Source: Rathayibacter sp. VKM Ac-2760
GTDB lineage: Bacteria > Actinomycetota > Actinomycetes > Actinomycetales > Microbacteriaceae
Direction of reading: 5' to 3'
DNA: 64,000 bases
Assembly: GCF_009834185.1 (NCBI RefSeq)
Contig: NZ_CP047173.1
Location: 1,391,725 to 1,455,724 of the forward strand
Shown here in pieces: positions 28,201 through 37,640 of this stretch; position 1 is the first letter of the stretch, and every line of letters begins with the position of its first letter. The notes under the pieces were generated by a model. It saw nothing but the letters and a program-made list of their open reading frames with translations. It was not told the origin of the DNA and ran no database searches. The position numbers and the translations under genes are program-made.

Positions 28201-28302
28201 CCCCCCGCCCCGCCCACCACTCCGACCCCGCCCCATCCCCCTCCCGCCCCCTCGCTGTCCAGTCCGCCCCCGATCCCCGCCCCGCCGCTAGAATCGCCGC
28301 GT
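28190..28302. promoter_or_regulatory. C-rich (minus-strand G-run) tract plus a TAGAAT -10 box 10 nt upstream of the gltX ATG (probable leaderless transcript)
   Basis: About 100 bp with almost no G on the plus strand (CCCCCCCGCCCCGCCC...CCCCCTCCCGCCCC). GCTAGAAT sits at 28286-28293 and the gltX ATG at 28303. Confidence 0.4.
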
Positions 28303-29844
28303 ATGTCTGAGCTCACCCCGCCCTCCGATCGCGCCCACGACGCGCACCCGTTCACCACCGCGACCGGGAGCGACGTCCGCGTCCGCTTCTGCCCGTCCCC
28401 GACCGGGACGCCGCACGTCGGCCTCATCCGCACCGCCCTGTTCAACTGGGCCTACGCGCGGCACACCGGAGGCACCTTCGTCTTCCGGATCGAGGACACC
28501 GACGCGGCCCGCGACAGCGAGGAGAGCTACGAGCAGCTCATCGACGCGCTGCAGTGGCTGAAGCTCGACTGGGACGAGGGCGTCGGAGTCGGCGGCCCGC
28601 ACGGCCCGTACCGCCAGTCCGAGCGCAGCGACGTCTACACCGACGTCATCCAGCGCCTGCTCGCCTCCGGCCACCTCTACGAGAGCTACTCGAACGCGGA
28701 GGAGATCGACGCCCGCAACGAGGCGGCCGGCCGCGCCAAGCAGCACGGCTACGACAACCACGACCGCGACCTCACCGAGGAGCAGCGCGCCGCCTTCCGC
28801 GCCGAGGGCCGCAGCCCCGCGCTGCGCCTGCGCGTCCCGGACGCCGACCTCTCCTTCGACGACCTCGTCCGCGGCGAGATCACCTTCCCGGCCGGCTCGT
28901 TCAGCGACTTCGTCGTCGTCCGCCCCAACGGCCAGCCGCTCTACACGCTGGTGAACCCGGTCGACGACGCGCTCATGCAGATCACCCACGTCCTCCGCGG
29001 CGAGGACATCCTGCCCTCCACCGCGCGCCAGATCGCGCTGTACCACGCGCTGATCGACATCGGAGTGACGACGTTCGTCCCGCGCTTCGGTCACCTCCCC
29101 TACGTGATGGGGGAGGGCAACAAGAAGCTCTCCAAGCGCGACCCCTCGGCCAACCTCTTCCACCACCGCGACCGCGGCTTCATCCCCGAGGGCCTGGTCA
29201 ACTACCTCGCCCTGCTCGGCTGGTCGCTCACCCACGACCGCGACGTCTTCTCGATCGACGAGATGATCGCCGCCTTCGACGTCGCCGACGTGAACCCCAA
29301 CCCGGCCCGCTTCGACCTCAAGAAGGCCGAGTCGATCAACGGCGACCACATCCGCCTGCTCGCGGTCGACGACTTCACCGAGCGCACCATCCCCTACCTG
29401 ATCGCCGCCGGCGTTCTCGAGGGCCGGCCGACCGCCGACCAGCGCGCCGTCCTCGACGCCGCCGCCCCGCTCGTCCAGGAGCGGATCGGCCTGCTCGGCG
29501 AGGCGCCCGGCATGCTCGGCTTCCTCTTCACCACCGCCGACGCCCTCTCCTACGACGAGGACGCGCTGAAGGGCCTGCCCGCGAACGCCGGCGAGGTCCT
29601 CGCCGCATCGATCGGCGCCCTCGAGCTCGTGCCCGAGGGGGAGTGGCTGACCGCTTCGATCCAGGAGGCGCTCGCCGGCGCCCTGATCGAGGGCCTGGGC
29701 CTCAAGCCCCGCATCGCCTACGGGCCGTTGCGCACCGCGATCTCGGGCCGCCGCGTCTCGCCGCCGCTGTTCGAGTCGATGGAGATCCTCGGCAAGTCCG
29801 AGTCGATCGCCCGCCTCGCCCGCCTCGCCGACACCCGGAGCTGA
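28303..29844 (+). CDS. gltX: glutamate--tRNA ligase
   Basis: Class I aaRS HIGH ([15 protein letters not shown]) and KMSKS (KLSKR) motifs. Full-length GluRS. Confidence 0.95.
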   Translation: MSELTPPSDRAHDAHPFTTATGSDVRVRFCPSPTGTPHVGLIRTALFNWAYARHTGGTFVFRIEDTDAARDSEESYEQLIDALQWLKLDWDEGVGVGGPHGPYRQSERSDVYTDVIQRLLASGHLYESYSNAEEIDARNEAAGRAKQHGYDNHDRDLTEEQRAAFRAEGRSPALRLRVPDADLSFDDLVRGEITFPAGSFSDFVVVRPNGQPLYTLVNPVDDALMQITHVLRGEDILPSTARQIALYHALIDIGVTTFVPRFGHLPYVMGEGNKKLSKRDPSANLFHHRDRGFIPEGLVNYLALLGWSLTHDRDVFSIDEMIAAFDVADVNPNPARFDLKKAESINGDHIRLLAVDDFTERTIPYLIAAGVLEGRPTADQRAVLDAAAPLVQERIGLLGEAPGMLGFLFTTADALSYDEDALKGLPANAGEVLAASIGALELVPEGEWLTASIQEALAGALIEGLGLKPRIAYGPLRTAISGRRVSPPLFESMEILGKSESIARLARLADTRS

Positions 29845-29846
29845 TC

Positions 29847-30851
29847 GTGGCGGAGGTGCAGGGCGGCCACTACGACGTCGTCATCATCGGAGCCGGTCCC
29901 GCGGGCCTGTCCGCCGGGCTGAATCTCGTTCGTGCGCGCCGCAGCGTGCTGCTGCTCGACAGCAACCGGCCGCGCAACGCGGCGACCCTGCACTCGCACG
30001 GCTTCCTCACCCGCGACGGCGTCTCGCCGCTCGAGCTGCGCCGCCTCGGCCGCGCCGAGCTGGAGCAGTACGACGAGGCCGAGGTGCACAACGCGATGGT
30101 CACCTCCGTCGAGCGCTCCGGCGGCGAGTTCGTCGTCACCGCGAAGGGCGTCCGCGGCTCGGCCGACCGCTCGGTGCTCGCGACCGCCGTCGTCGTCGCC
30201 GGCGGCCTCTCCGAGCGCCTGCCGACGCTGCCGAGCCTCCGCGCCTACTACGGCACCGCCGTGCACAGCTGCATGGAGTGCGACGGCTACGAGAAGGCCG
30301 GCGAGCCGCTCGCGCTGATCGGCGAGACCGCCGACCTCGCCGAGCGCGCCATGCTGCTCTCGCAGTGGTCGACCGACCTCATCGTCTTCACCAACGGCGT
30401 CGGAGTCGTCAGCGACGCCGACGAGTCGCTGCTCGGCTCGATCGGCATCCGCGTCGAGCGCCGCCCCGTCGCCGACCTCGCGGGGGAGCGCGCCGTGATG
30501 ACCGGAGTCGCCCTCGCCGACGGCGACGTCATCCCGCGCACCGGCGCCTTCGTCCGCCCGGTCTGGGTGCCCGTCCTCGACTACCTCGACCCGGCCGGCC
30601 CCGACGTGGACGCCGACGGCTTCCTCCGCGTCGACGCGGGCGGCCGCACCTCCGTCCCCGGCCTCTACGGCGCCGGCGAGGTCACCGCCCCCGGACCGCA
30701 GCAGCTGATCGTCGCCGCCGGCTCCGGCGCGCAGGTCGCCTCGGCGATCAACCGCGACCTCGTCCGCGCCCGCCTCGGCGAGGCCGCGCCCGAGTCGGAG
30801 GCCCCCGCCATCGACACCCGGGCCGCCGATCTGAGCGACGTCCGTCCGTAG
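29847..30851 (+). CDS. FAD/NAD(P)-binding oxidoreductase (thioredoxin-reductase-like)
   Basis: GTG start 2 nt after the gltX stop. It has a VIIGAGPAGLSAG dinucleotide motif and a CMECDG redox-type motif. Confidence 0.8.
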   Translation: MAEVQGGHYDVVIIGAGPAGLSAGLNLVRARRSVLLLDSNRPRNAATLHSHGFLTRDGVSPLELRRLGRAELEQYDEAEVHNAMVTSVERSGGEFVVTAKGVRGSADRSVLATAVVVAGGLSERLPTLPSLRAYYGTAVHSCMECDGYEKAGEPLALIGETADLAERAMLLSQWSTDLIVFTNGVGVVSDADESLLGSIGIRVERRPVADLAGERAVMTGVALADGDVIPRTGAFVRPVWVPVLDYLDPAGPDVDADGFLRVDAGGRTSVPGLYGAGEVTAPGPQQLIVAAGSGAQVASAINRDLVRARLGEAAPESEAPAIDTRAADLSDVRP

Positions 30852-30886
30852 CCCGGGCCGGTCGATTTGAGCGACGTCCGTCCGTA
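30828..30886. repeat. 24-bp direct duplication (GATyTGAGCGACGTCCGTCCGTAG x2) spanning the oxidoreductase stop, about 75 bp upstream of tRNA-Gln
   Basis: Copies at 30828-30851 and 30863-30886, separated by 11 bp. Confidence 0.7.
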
Positions 30887-30960
30887 GGGTACTGTCGTCT
30901 CTCGGCGCCGGGTTCACCCCCGATCGCCATCTGGTCCCGGCCTCACCGCCGGATGACCAT

Positions 30961-31032
30961 TGGGGTATGGTGTAATTGGCAACACGACTGATTCTGGTTC
31001 AGTTGTTCTTGGTTCGAGTCCAGGTACCCCAG
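30961..31032 (+). tRNA. tRNA-Gln (anticodon CUG)
   Basis: Hand-folded: acceptor TGGGGTA/TACCCCA (U1-A72), U8, D stem GTGT/ACAC, anticodon stem ACTGA/TCAGT with loop TTCTGGT (U33, CUG), T arm CTTGG-TTCGAGT-CCAGG, discriminator G. No encoded CCA. Confidence 0.85.
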
Positions 31033-31240
31033 CACTTCTCCTCCTCGCCCTGAGGATCCTCGCCCGGCTGTCGCCCGCCGCTGTTCCGGCTGTGTCGTTC
31101 CGGCAGCGCCGCGCGTCTCGCGCAGGGCCGCTGCATCCCCCGCCCGGCCGACGCCCGACTCCTCCCGGCATGCCACGATGAACCTGTACATCGCTCAGAA
31201 ACCCGCCTCCCGCGGGTTCCGAGAAGGGGGTCTCTCGTCC

Positions 31241-32761
31241 ATGAATTCTGATCTGCTCTGGGTCGTCGGCGCCGGCATCGTCGTCGGCGTCGTGCTGCTG
31301 CTCGCCATCATCGGCTTCTTCATCTTCCGGGCCTGGTACCAGGTCCCGCAGGCCGACGAGGCCATCGTGATCGTCGGAAAGAAGCAGAAGGGCGACGACG
31401 GCCTGACCTCGAACATGACCGTCATCACCGGCGGCGGCGCCTTCGTCAACAAGCTGACCCAGCGCTCCGACCGCATCTCGCTGCGGTCGCGGCAGATCAA
31501 GATGGAGCCGGTCGCGCAGACCAAGAACGGCGTCACGATCCACCTCGCGGGCGTCGCCCTCGTCAAGATCGGCTCCACGCCCGACCAGGTGCGCGCCGCC
31601 GCCGAGCGGTTCGCCTCTCAGGACCAGTCGATCGACGTCTTCACGACCGAGCAGCTCGAGGGCGCGCTGCGCGGCGTCGTCGCGAAGCTCAGCGTCGAGG
31701 AGGTCATGCAGGACCGCCAGAAGCTCGGTGACGAGATCGCCGAGGGCATCAAGGGCGACCTGCTCGCCCAGGGGCTCGTCCTCGACTCCTTCGCCATCCA
31801 GGGCGTCACCGACCGCAACGGCTACATCGAGGCGCTCGGCGCGCAGGAGATCGAGCGCGTCCGCCGCGAGGCCGACGTCGCCCGGATCAACGCGGCCCGC
31901 GAGGTCAAGGCCCGTCAGCTCGCCACCGACGAGGCGAACCTGATCGAGCAGACCGCCTTCGACAAGAACACCGCCGCCTCGAAGTCCGAGGTCGGCCGCG
32001 CCAACGCCGAGGCCGAGCAGGCCGAGAACCTCGCCCGCGCCGAGCGCGAGCAGGCCGTCCTCGTCCAGCGCGCCGAGAACCGGCAGGCCGAGCTCGACGC
32101 CGACGTCAAGCGCGTCGCCGACGCCGAGAAGTACCGCCGCCAGACCGAGGCCGACGCCGACGCCTACGGGCGCGAGAAGAAGGCCTCGACGGATCGCCAG
32201 GTCGCGCAGCAGGTGTCCGACGCCGAGGCCTACGCCGTCCAGCGCCAGGCCGAGGCCCGTCAGGCGTCCGCCGCGGCCGAGGCGGCGGCTCTGAGCGCCC
32301 GCGCCGAGGCGGAGGCCCACGCCCTGCGGGCCAAGGCCGGCGCCGAGGCCGAGGCCCTGCGCGCGAACGCCGCGGCCGAGGCGGAGGCCATCCGCGCTAA
32401 GGGTGAGGCGAGCGCGGCCGCGATCCAGGCCGAGGCGGAGGCCCTCCGCGAGAACCAGGAGGCGATCCTGGGCCGCGAGCTCATCGGACAGCTCCCCTCC
32501 CTCATGGCGGAGTTCGCGAAGGGCTACCAGAACGTCGGCACCGTCACCCTGATCGGCGGCGACACCGCCGGCACCCACATCGCCCGGGAGCAGGCGGCGA
32601 GCCTCGCGGCCACCTTCGACAGCGTGAAGTCCGCGACCGGCGTCGACCTCGGCGCGATCCTGCAGGGCCAGGCGTTCGGCCGGGGAGTGGCGTCGGCCGC
32701 CGAGCCCGCCGCTCCCACCGGCCTCACCGGCGATCCCACCGCCGTCCCCTCGACGAGCTGA
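31241..32761 (+). CDS. SPFH/band-7 (flotillin-like) membrane scaffold protein
   Basis: N-terminal TM segment, an SPFH domain, then a long Ala/Glu-rich coiled coil (AEAEALRA repeats). The start is taken at MNSDLLW with a GAGAAGGGGG RBS. Confidence 0.85.
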   Translation: MNSDLLWVVGAGIVVGVVLLLAIIGFFIFRAWYQVPQADEAIVIVGKKQKGDDGLTSNMTVITGGGAFVNKLTQRSDRISLRSRQIKMEPVAQTKNGVTIHLAGVALVKIGSTPDQVRAAAERFASQDQSIDVFTTEQLEGALRGVVAKLSVEEVMQDRQKLGDEIAEGIKGDLLAQGLVLDSFAIQGVTDRNGYIEALGAQEIERVRREADVARINAAREVKARQLATDEANLIEQTAFDKNTAASKSEVGRANAEAEQAENLARAEREQAVLVQRAENRQAELDADVKRVADAEKYRRQTEADADAYGREKKASTDRQVAQQVSDAEAYAVQRQAEARQASAAAEAAALSARAEAEAHALRAKAGAEAEALRANAAAEAEAIRAKGEASAAAIQAEAEALRENQEAILGRELIGQLPSLMAEFAKGYQNVGTVTLIGGDTAGTHIAREQAASLAATFDSVKSATGVDLGAILQGQAFGRGVASAAEPAAPTGLTGDPTAVPSTS

Positions 32762-32905
32762 CCGCCGATCCGTCGCGGACGGCCGCCTCGACGGCCGGCG
32801 GACGACCGTTCGCGACGGATCGAGCACGCCTCAGGCTTGTCGAGCACGGGAAGGGCGATCCGTCCACTCCCCGCGGGCCCCGCGGTCCGGACGTACGCTG
32901 ACCGG

Positions 32906-33679
32906 ATGAGGCAGGGTCGGACGCGCGCGCTCGGCGGCGCCGCGCTGGCGCTGACCGCGGTGCTCCTGCTGGCCGGCTGCAGCGGCGACTCCTTCCGCGC
33001 GGACTTCGCGCGGACCTTCGGCAGCGACGAGTCGGTCGCCGATGTGGAGCTCGCGAGCGTCGACGACAGGCCGTTCAGCGGCGGAGTGAGCGCCGAGGTC
33101 GTGGCCCGCGAGGACCTGTCCGATGCCGACCTGACGTCCCTCGCCGCCCGGTTGGCCACCTTCGCCGCGAAGCGTCCGACGGGCGACGTGCGGATCCTCC
33201 TCGACGCCGAGGACCTCACCCTGCCCGTCTCCGGCGACGACGCCCTTACGTCCGGCCGGATCGCGGCCGCGCTCGCGCTCCGGGACGACTCGCGGGTCTC
33301 GTCCCTCGCCCTCGCCGCCGACGACAGCGAGGACCGCGTCAGCGGACTGAGCCTCTTCCTGGCGGAGGGGACGTCCGCCGCGGACGCCTTCGCACTCGCC
33401 CGCGACGCGCCCGCGCTGCTCCCCGACGCCCCACCCCTGCACATCAGCGTCCAGAGCGCCGACCGCGCGCAGCTCGTCACCGGCTCCCCGGGCCCGTGGC
33501 TCGACGACGCGGAGCGCCTCTGGACCGCGATCTCGGCCGCCGTCCCCGCCGCGGGCTTCCGCGCCGACTCCGACCACCTCGACGTGACCCTGACGAGCGA
33601 CGCCGACCGCGCCGCGGCGACGCTCGCCGCCGACACTGTCCCCAGCGACGGCATCTCCGTCACGTTCTCCGCCCCCTGA
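32906..33679 (+). CDS. hypothetical lipoprotein
   Basis: Signal peptide with a lipobox LLAGC, then an Asp/Ala-rich mature protein. Confidence 0.65.
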   Translation: MRQGRTRALGGAALALTAVLLLAGCSGDSFRADFARTFGSDESVADVELASVDDRPFSGGVSAEVVAREDLSDADLTSLAARLATFAAKRPTGDVRILLDAEDLTLPVSGDDALTSGRIAAALALRDDSRVSSLALAADDSEDRVSGLSLFLAEGTSAADAFALARDAPALLPDAPPLHISVQSADRAQLVTGSPGPWLDDAERLWTAISAAVPAAGFRADSDHLDVTLTSDADRAAATLAADTVPSDGISVTFSAP

Positions 33680-33769
33680 CCGCCGAGGACGCACCCCGTT
33701 CGCTGCCCATCGCACAGCGAGGTGCAGGTCGTCACGGTCGGAGGGCGACCGATCAGCCGGAGGAGGCTC

Positions 33770-33925
33770 CATGAAGCGCAAAGACGTGACCGCCGAGGCT
33801 CTCCGCCGTGCCGCAGAGCGATCGACGCGTGCCTCGGCCGCCTTGGAGAACCGCTCGGTGCCGACCGATACCGTCCGCTCCGACAGGGTGGCTCGATTCC
33901 TCGCTGCCCGGGGGTCCCGCGCCTG
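33770..33925 (+). CDS. hypothetical small protein (51 aa)
   Basis: ATG with a strong GGAGGAGG RBS. The ORF is below the track's length cutoff. There is no family recognition. Confidence 0.3.
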
Positions 33926-34120
33926 ACCGGCGTCGGTCCCGCGTGCACGGGTGATGCTCTGCACGCTGATCGTGTGGCAGATGCTTCCCGACGCGGTCGC
34001 GGTGAAGGGCGGCATAGGTGTGAAGCTCCGTCTCGGTGAGCCAGGCGACAAGTCCGCGGACGGGAAGGGCGCGAGCGACGCGGTCACGCCGCCCGCTCGC
34101 ACAGCCCGCCGCGCAACATC

Positions 34121-34184
34121 AGCCCGGAGCCGACCTCAGCCACGATGGCGGACGGCGACCGCTCTCAGCCGACGTTCTGCGCGG
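34121..34184. repeat. palindromic element, family 2 copy E (degenerate)
   Basis: GCGCAACATCAGCC...GCCACGATGGC...CTCAGCCGACGTTCTGCGC. The CAGCTG core is mutated to CAGCC on both arms (compensatory). It lies upstream of the TA pair. Confidence 0.65.
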
Positions 34185-34255
34185 CCCGCGCGCGCCGTCG
34201 GTCTCGTCCAACACTCCGATCGCTCGGAATCGAGTTCCGTATTACGATAATCGTC

Positions 34256-34519
34256 ATGAGCGACGGGGAGACGATCGACGGCCGGCCGGTGACGGAGGAG
34301 CAGATCGCAGAGTGGGCGGCGGAGGCGGAGCGCGGCTACGACATCGATGCCCTCAAGGCGAGAGGCCGAGGACGCCCCGGTAGAGGCGCTCTCCCCTCGC
34401 AGGTCGTCGCCGTTCGGCTCACCCTGGACGAGCTCGCCGCACTCGACGAGCGCGCCGCCCGGGAGCACAAGACGCGCTCCGAGGTCGTCCGCGAGGCGCT
34501 CGCCGCGTCGGCGGCGTGA
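34256..34519 (+). CDS. ribbon-helix-helix (CopG/BrnA-like) antitoxin
   Basis: C-terminal RHH (VVAVRLTLDELAALDERAAREHKTRSEVVREAL). AT-richer promoter/operator upstream (GTATTACGATAATCG). It overlaps the toxin start (GTGA). Confidence 0.75.
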   Translation: MSDGETIDGRPVTEEQIAEWAAEAERGYDIDALKARGRGRPGRGALPSQVVAVRLTLDELAALDERAAREHKTRSEVVREALAASAA

Positions 34520-34755
34520 AGGTCCACCCTTCGGCGCTCAAGCACGGGATCTCGGCGGACGACGCCGTCCACGCCGCAGACCTGGCGCTCTGGGTCGAGG
34601 AACTCGACGACGACTCTCCGGCGCGTCAGCTCCGCCTGGGCTTCGATACCCGCGGTCGGCTCCTCGAGACGGTCGTCCTGATCTTCGACAGCGGCCACGA
34701 ACTCGTCATTCACGCGATGAAGGCCCGCCCGGGCATGATCGAGCTCCTGCCCTGA
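34516..34755 (+). CDS. BrnT-like (DUF497) toxin
   Basis: 79 aa. KHGIS...RLGFDTRGRLLETVVLIFDSGHELVIHAMKARP matches the BrnT/DUF497 pattern. Confidence 0.65.
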   Translation: MKVHPSALKHGISADDAVHAADLALWVEELDDDSPARQLRLGFDTRGRLLETVVLIFDSGHELVIHAMKARPGMIELLP

Positions 34756-34875
34756 CGGGCCGCTGACGGGTCGTTCAGGCCGACGCGCGCGTCGGTGCCG
34801 GTCAGGGGCGATACGTCTGTGCGGCTCCCCGCTGCGTCCTCCCTCTTCCGAACGTCGGCGACTTCTCGCGCCCCC

Positions 34876-36594
34876 TCAGAAGTAGCGCGCCAGGTGCTCG
34901 CGGAGCGCCTCGTCGCAGACGTGCACGTACGTCCCCCTGATGCCGCGCGTGAGCAGCACCGTGTAGATGTTGCGGACGTACGCGAGCAGGTCCTCGTCGC
35001 TGTAGGTGATGCCGAGCTTCGGGTTGTTCTCGCGCCCCTTCTTGTCGAAGTAGTGCGAGCGGTCGAAGACGACGCGTCCCGAGGCGGTGTCGAAGCGCAG
35101 ATCGCGGCCGATGATGACGCCCGCGTAGTTGAGGTCGTAGCCCTGCACCGTGTGGATCGAGCCGACCTCGTCGATCGCGCCGGGGGAGTTGATCCAGTCG
35201 CGCTGCGTCTGATTCCAGCGGAGCGACTCGTCGCCGATCACGATGTCGAAGGCGCTCCTGTCCGTCTTCGTGACCCACTTCCACGCGTAGCCCGCGACCA
35301 GTCGTGAGAGGCCGTGCTCCCGGTCGCGCTCGACGATCGAGCGGCGCAGCTCGCCCGGATCGTCGAAGAAGCGCAGGTCGTACTCGCCGAAGTCCTCGCG
35401 CGCCGACGGCGGATCATCGGACAGCGCGGCGCGGACGTAGCCGACGTAGTCCTTCTCCGCGGCGATGCGCATCTGCGAGCGGAGCGGGTAGACCCGGCCC
35501 TCGGCCGACGCCTCCGCGAGGACGGCGCGGGTGACCGTCGCGGGCAGGTCCGCTGGGCGGACGGTCTGCGCGGTGTCCAGCATCAGGATCGTGTGCCTGC
35601 TCCGCGCGCGGATCCAGTCCAGCTGCGTGTACTCGAGCGAGTCCTCGCCGAACAGCCGCTCGTTGATGTCGATGAACTTGCGGTTGAGCGGCCCCGAGGG
35701 CTGGTTCGCCCGCTGGCTGAGCCGGTGCGCTTCGTCGACGAGGAGCAGATCGAACGGCTCGTCGCTCTCGCCGACCTGGAAGGGCGTCAGCACCAGGTCC
35801 TTCGACAGTCCCGGGGTGAGGCTGAAGACCCGGGAGATCGACCCGCGCAGCGACTGCTGCGGCACGACGAGGCCGACCCGCAGCGTCGACAGCAGCTCCG
35901 CGTGGCCCGGGGTGAAGAACTCGCTGAAGATCGAGTCGCCGTCCAGCGGCTCCTCCGGGTCGTGCTCGCGGATGTCCTGCAGCAGCTTCAGCAGGTAGAT
36001 GGCGACGACGGTCTTCCCGGTCCCCGGATCGCCCTGCACGACGACGGTGCTGGGACCGCCGGACTCGAGGTCGGTGAACAGCCCTTCGAGGATGTCCTCG
36101 ACCGCGATCGCCTGATCGTGGTTCAGCGCCTTGAACGGAGACAGCTTGAAGAGATCGCTGTTGACGATCTCGGGGAGCGTCCGCTGGAAGAGCTTCTCCT
36201 CGGTGCGGAGGACCTCGAACACCTCGTCGAACGTCCGGCGGTAGGACGCGCGGTCGAAGTAGTCGGCGTCGGTGATGCCGGCGTTGTGATTGAGGACAGC
36301 CAGGCGGCCCTCCCCCGAGAGCATCCGCAGGAGGAACGATTCGAGGTCGAGGCAGGCCGACTTGTTGAAGGTGTCGTCGAGGACGACCCGCACCCGGTCC
36401 AGCCGGCTCTTCTCCGGCGAGTCGAGGTGCTGGCGCAGTCGCCCCTCGGCGTTCAGCGACTCGCCGACGTAGACCTCCGAGGCGCTGTCGAGCACGTAGA
36501 CGACGGGCCAGTTCCGGTGCCGCGGGTCGGCGGCGCCCCACACGCGCACCCGATCGGAGTCGAACGGGAGTCGCTCGACGCTAAAGCCGGTCAT
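34876..36594 (-). CDS. GIY-YIG nuclease domain plus DUF2075 (Schlafen-like AAA ATPase/helicase) protein
   Basis: N-terminal GIY-YIG motif (VVYVLDSASEVYVGESLNAEGRLRQH), then a P-loop (GDPGTGKTVV) and DExx (LLLVDEAHRL) within a DUF2075-type ATPase. Regional GC is about 63% against about 71% for its flanks. Confidence 0.85.
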   Translation of the reverse strand: MTGFSVERLPFDSDRVRVWGAADPRHRNWPVVYVLDSASEVYVGESLNAEGRLRQHLDSPEKSRLDRVRVVLDDTFNKSACLDLESFLLRMLSGEGRLAVLNHNAGITDADYFDRASYRRTFDEVFEVLRTEEKLFQRTLPEIVNSDLFKLSPFKALNHDQAIAVEDILEGLFTDLESGGPSTVVVQGDPGTGKTVVAIYLLKLLQDIREHDPEEPLDGDSIFSEFFTPGHAELLSTLRVGLVVPQQSLRGSISRVFSLTPGLSKDLVLTPFQVGESDEPFDLLLVDEAHRLSQRANQPSGPLNRKFIDINERLFGEDSLEYTQLDWIRARSRHTILMLDTAQTVRPADLPATVTRAVLAEASAEGRVYPLRSQMRIAAEKDYVGYVRAALSDDPPSAREDFGEYDLRFFDDPGELRRSIVERDREHGLSRLVAGYAWKWVTKTDRSAFDIVIGDESLRWNQTQRDWINSPGAIDEVGSIHTVQGYDLNYAGVIIGRDLRFDTASGRVVFDRSHYFDKKGRENNPKLGITYSDEDLLAYVRNIYTVLLTRGIRGTYVHVCDEALREHLARYF

Positions 36595-36907
36595 GCCTGG
36601 TGCTTCTCCCGCGAGCCTTCTCCACCGGGTACTTGGCCCTGGTCCTCTCGAGCTTCGCGAGGACGATCTCGCCCGCGTCCACCCCGAGTCGGTCGGCGAG
36701 CAGGAGAGAGTAGGTCAGCACGTCCGCGAGCTCGTCGACGGCCGAGGGGAGGTCGCCCTCGCCCCACTGGAAGCACTCGAGCAGCTCGCCCGACTCGATG
36801 CTGATGCTCTTCGCGAGGTTCTCCGGCGTGTGGAACTGCGCCCAGTCGCGCTCGCGCACGAAGGCGCGGAGGGCGTCGAGGACCTCGTCATCGGGCATGG
36901 CTGCCAA
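36581..36907 (-). CDS. MazG-like nucleoside triphosphate pyrophosphohydrolase
   Basis: 108 aa with an EExxE metal motif (ESGELLE) and a MazG all-alpha fold signature. It overlaps the DUF2075 gene start by 14 nt. Confidence 0.8.
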   Translation of the reverse strand: MAAMPDDEVLDALRAFVRERDWAQFHTPENLAKSISIESGELLECFQWGEGDLPSAVDELADVLTYSLLLADRLGVDAGEIVLAKLERTRAKYPVEKARGRSTRHDRL

Positions 36908-37066
36908 CCTACAGCGGCGGTGCGGCGGTCACCCTGCCCCCGCTCGCTTCGACGCCCGAGATCCGCCGAGCGTGCGATCGCGGCGAGGCCCCCCCTTCGC
37001 GTCCACTGCCTCGCCACCCGCCACCGACCGGACCCGAGCGGGGCTTCGCCGCGCCGCCAGGCCCTG

Positions 37067-37546
37067 TCACATGTCCGGCCGGCCGAGTTCCTTCCGCAAC
37101 TGCAGAGCCGTCGGCTCGTAGCCGAGCGACTCGTACAGCCCGCGGGCCGCGGTGTTGAAGCCGAAGACGTTCAGCGCGAGCGCCCGGTAGCCGCGCGAGC
37201 GGGCGTGCTCCTCCGCCAGCAGCATCGCCGCGCGGCCGAACCCGCGGCCCCGCTCGGCCGGGTCGACCTCGACGTCCCAGACGTAGGCGACGCCCTCGAG
37301 GTCCTGCGGGTGCGGGCCGACCCAGAGCACCCCGACCGGGCGTCCGTCGTCGAGGATCCGCAGCAGGTCGTGGCCCGGCGCGAGGTCGCCGCCCGGGAAG
37401 AGCCGCTCGTCGTTCGCGTCCGCGTTCCGCACCGCGGCGGCCTCGTCGTCGCCCGCTCGGATCCGATCAGCGACGTACGTCCTGCGTTGGACGGACCTCC
37501 ACGCCGTCAGTTCGTCGGGTGGGAGCGGCGCGAGGGAGACGGACAT
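37067..37546 (-). CDS. GNAT-family N-acetyltransferase
   Basis: GNAT motif A (RGRGFGRAAM). An alternative GTG start at 37561 is possible. Confidence 0.8.
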   Translation of the reverse strand: MSVSLAPLPPDELTAWRSVQRRTYVADRIRAGDDEAAAVRNADANDERLFPGGDLAPGHDLLRILDDGRPVGVLWVGPHPQDLEGVAYVWDVEVDPAERGRGFGRAAMLLAEEHARSRGYRALALNVFGFNTAARGLYESLGYEPTALQLRKELGRPDM

Positions 37547-37571
37547 GCCCCACGGTCCCACACCGCCGGCA

Positions 37572-37640
37572 CGACGTCAGCTGAGGCACCGGCTCAACGC
37601 CGATGGTGGATGACGAGCGGTCTCAGCTGACGTCGTGCGC
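37572..37640. repeat. palindromic element, family 2 copy C
   Basis: ACGTCAGCTGAGG...GCCGATGGTGGATGACGAGCGG...TCTCAGCTGACGT, between the permease stop and the GNAT start. Confidence 0.8.

Noticed and set aside
30943-31191. 82-aa minus-strand ORF overlapping tRNA-Gln
   Set aside because: It overlaps a well-formed tRNA gene on the opposite strand and has no RBS or family signal.
31033-31240. A tRNA-Glu expected downstream of tRNA-Gln
   Set aside because: No cloverleaf-compatible sequence and no GTTCGAATCC-type T-loop was found between 31033 and the flotillin start.
33951-34250. 99-aa ORF (33951..34250 +) upstream of the TA pair
   Set aside because: Low-complexity Arg-rich tail. It runs through family-2 element E. 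There is no RBS.
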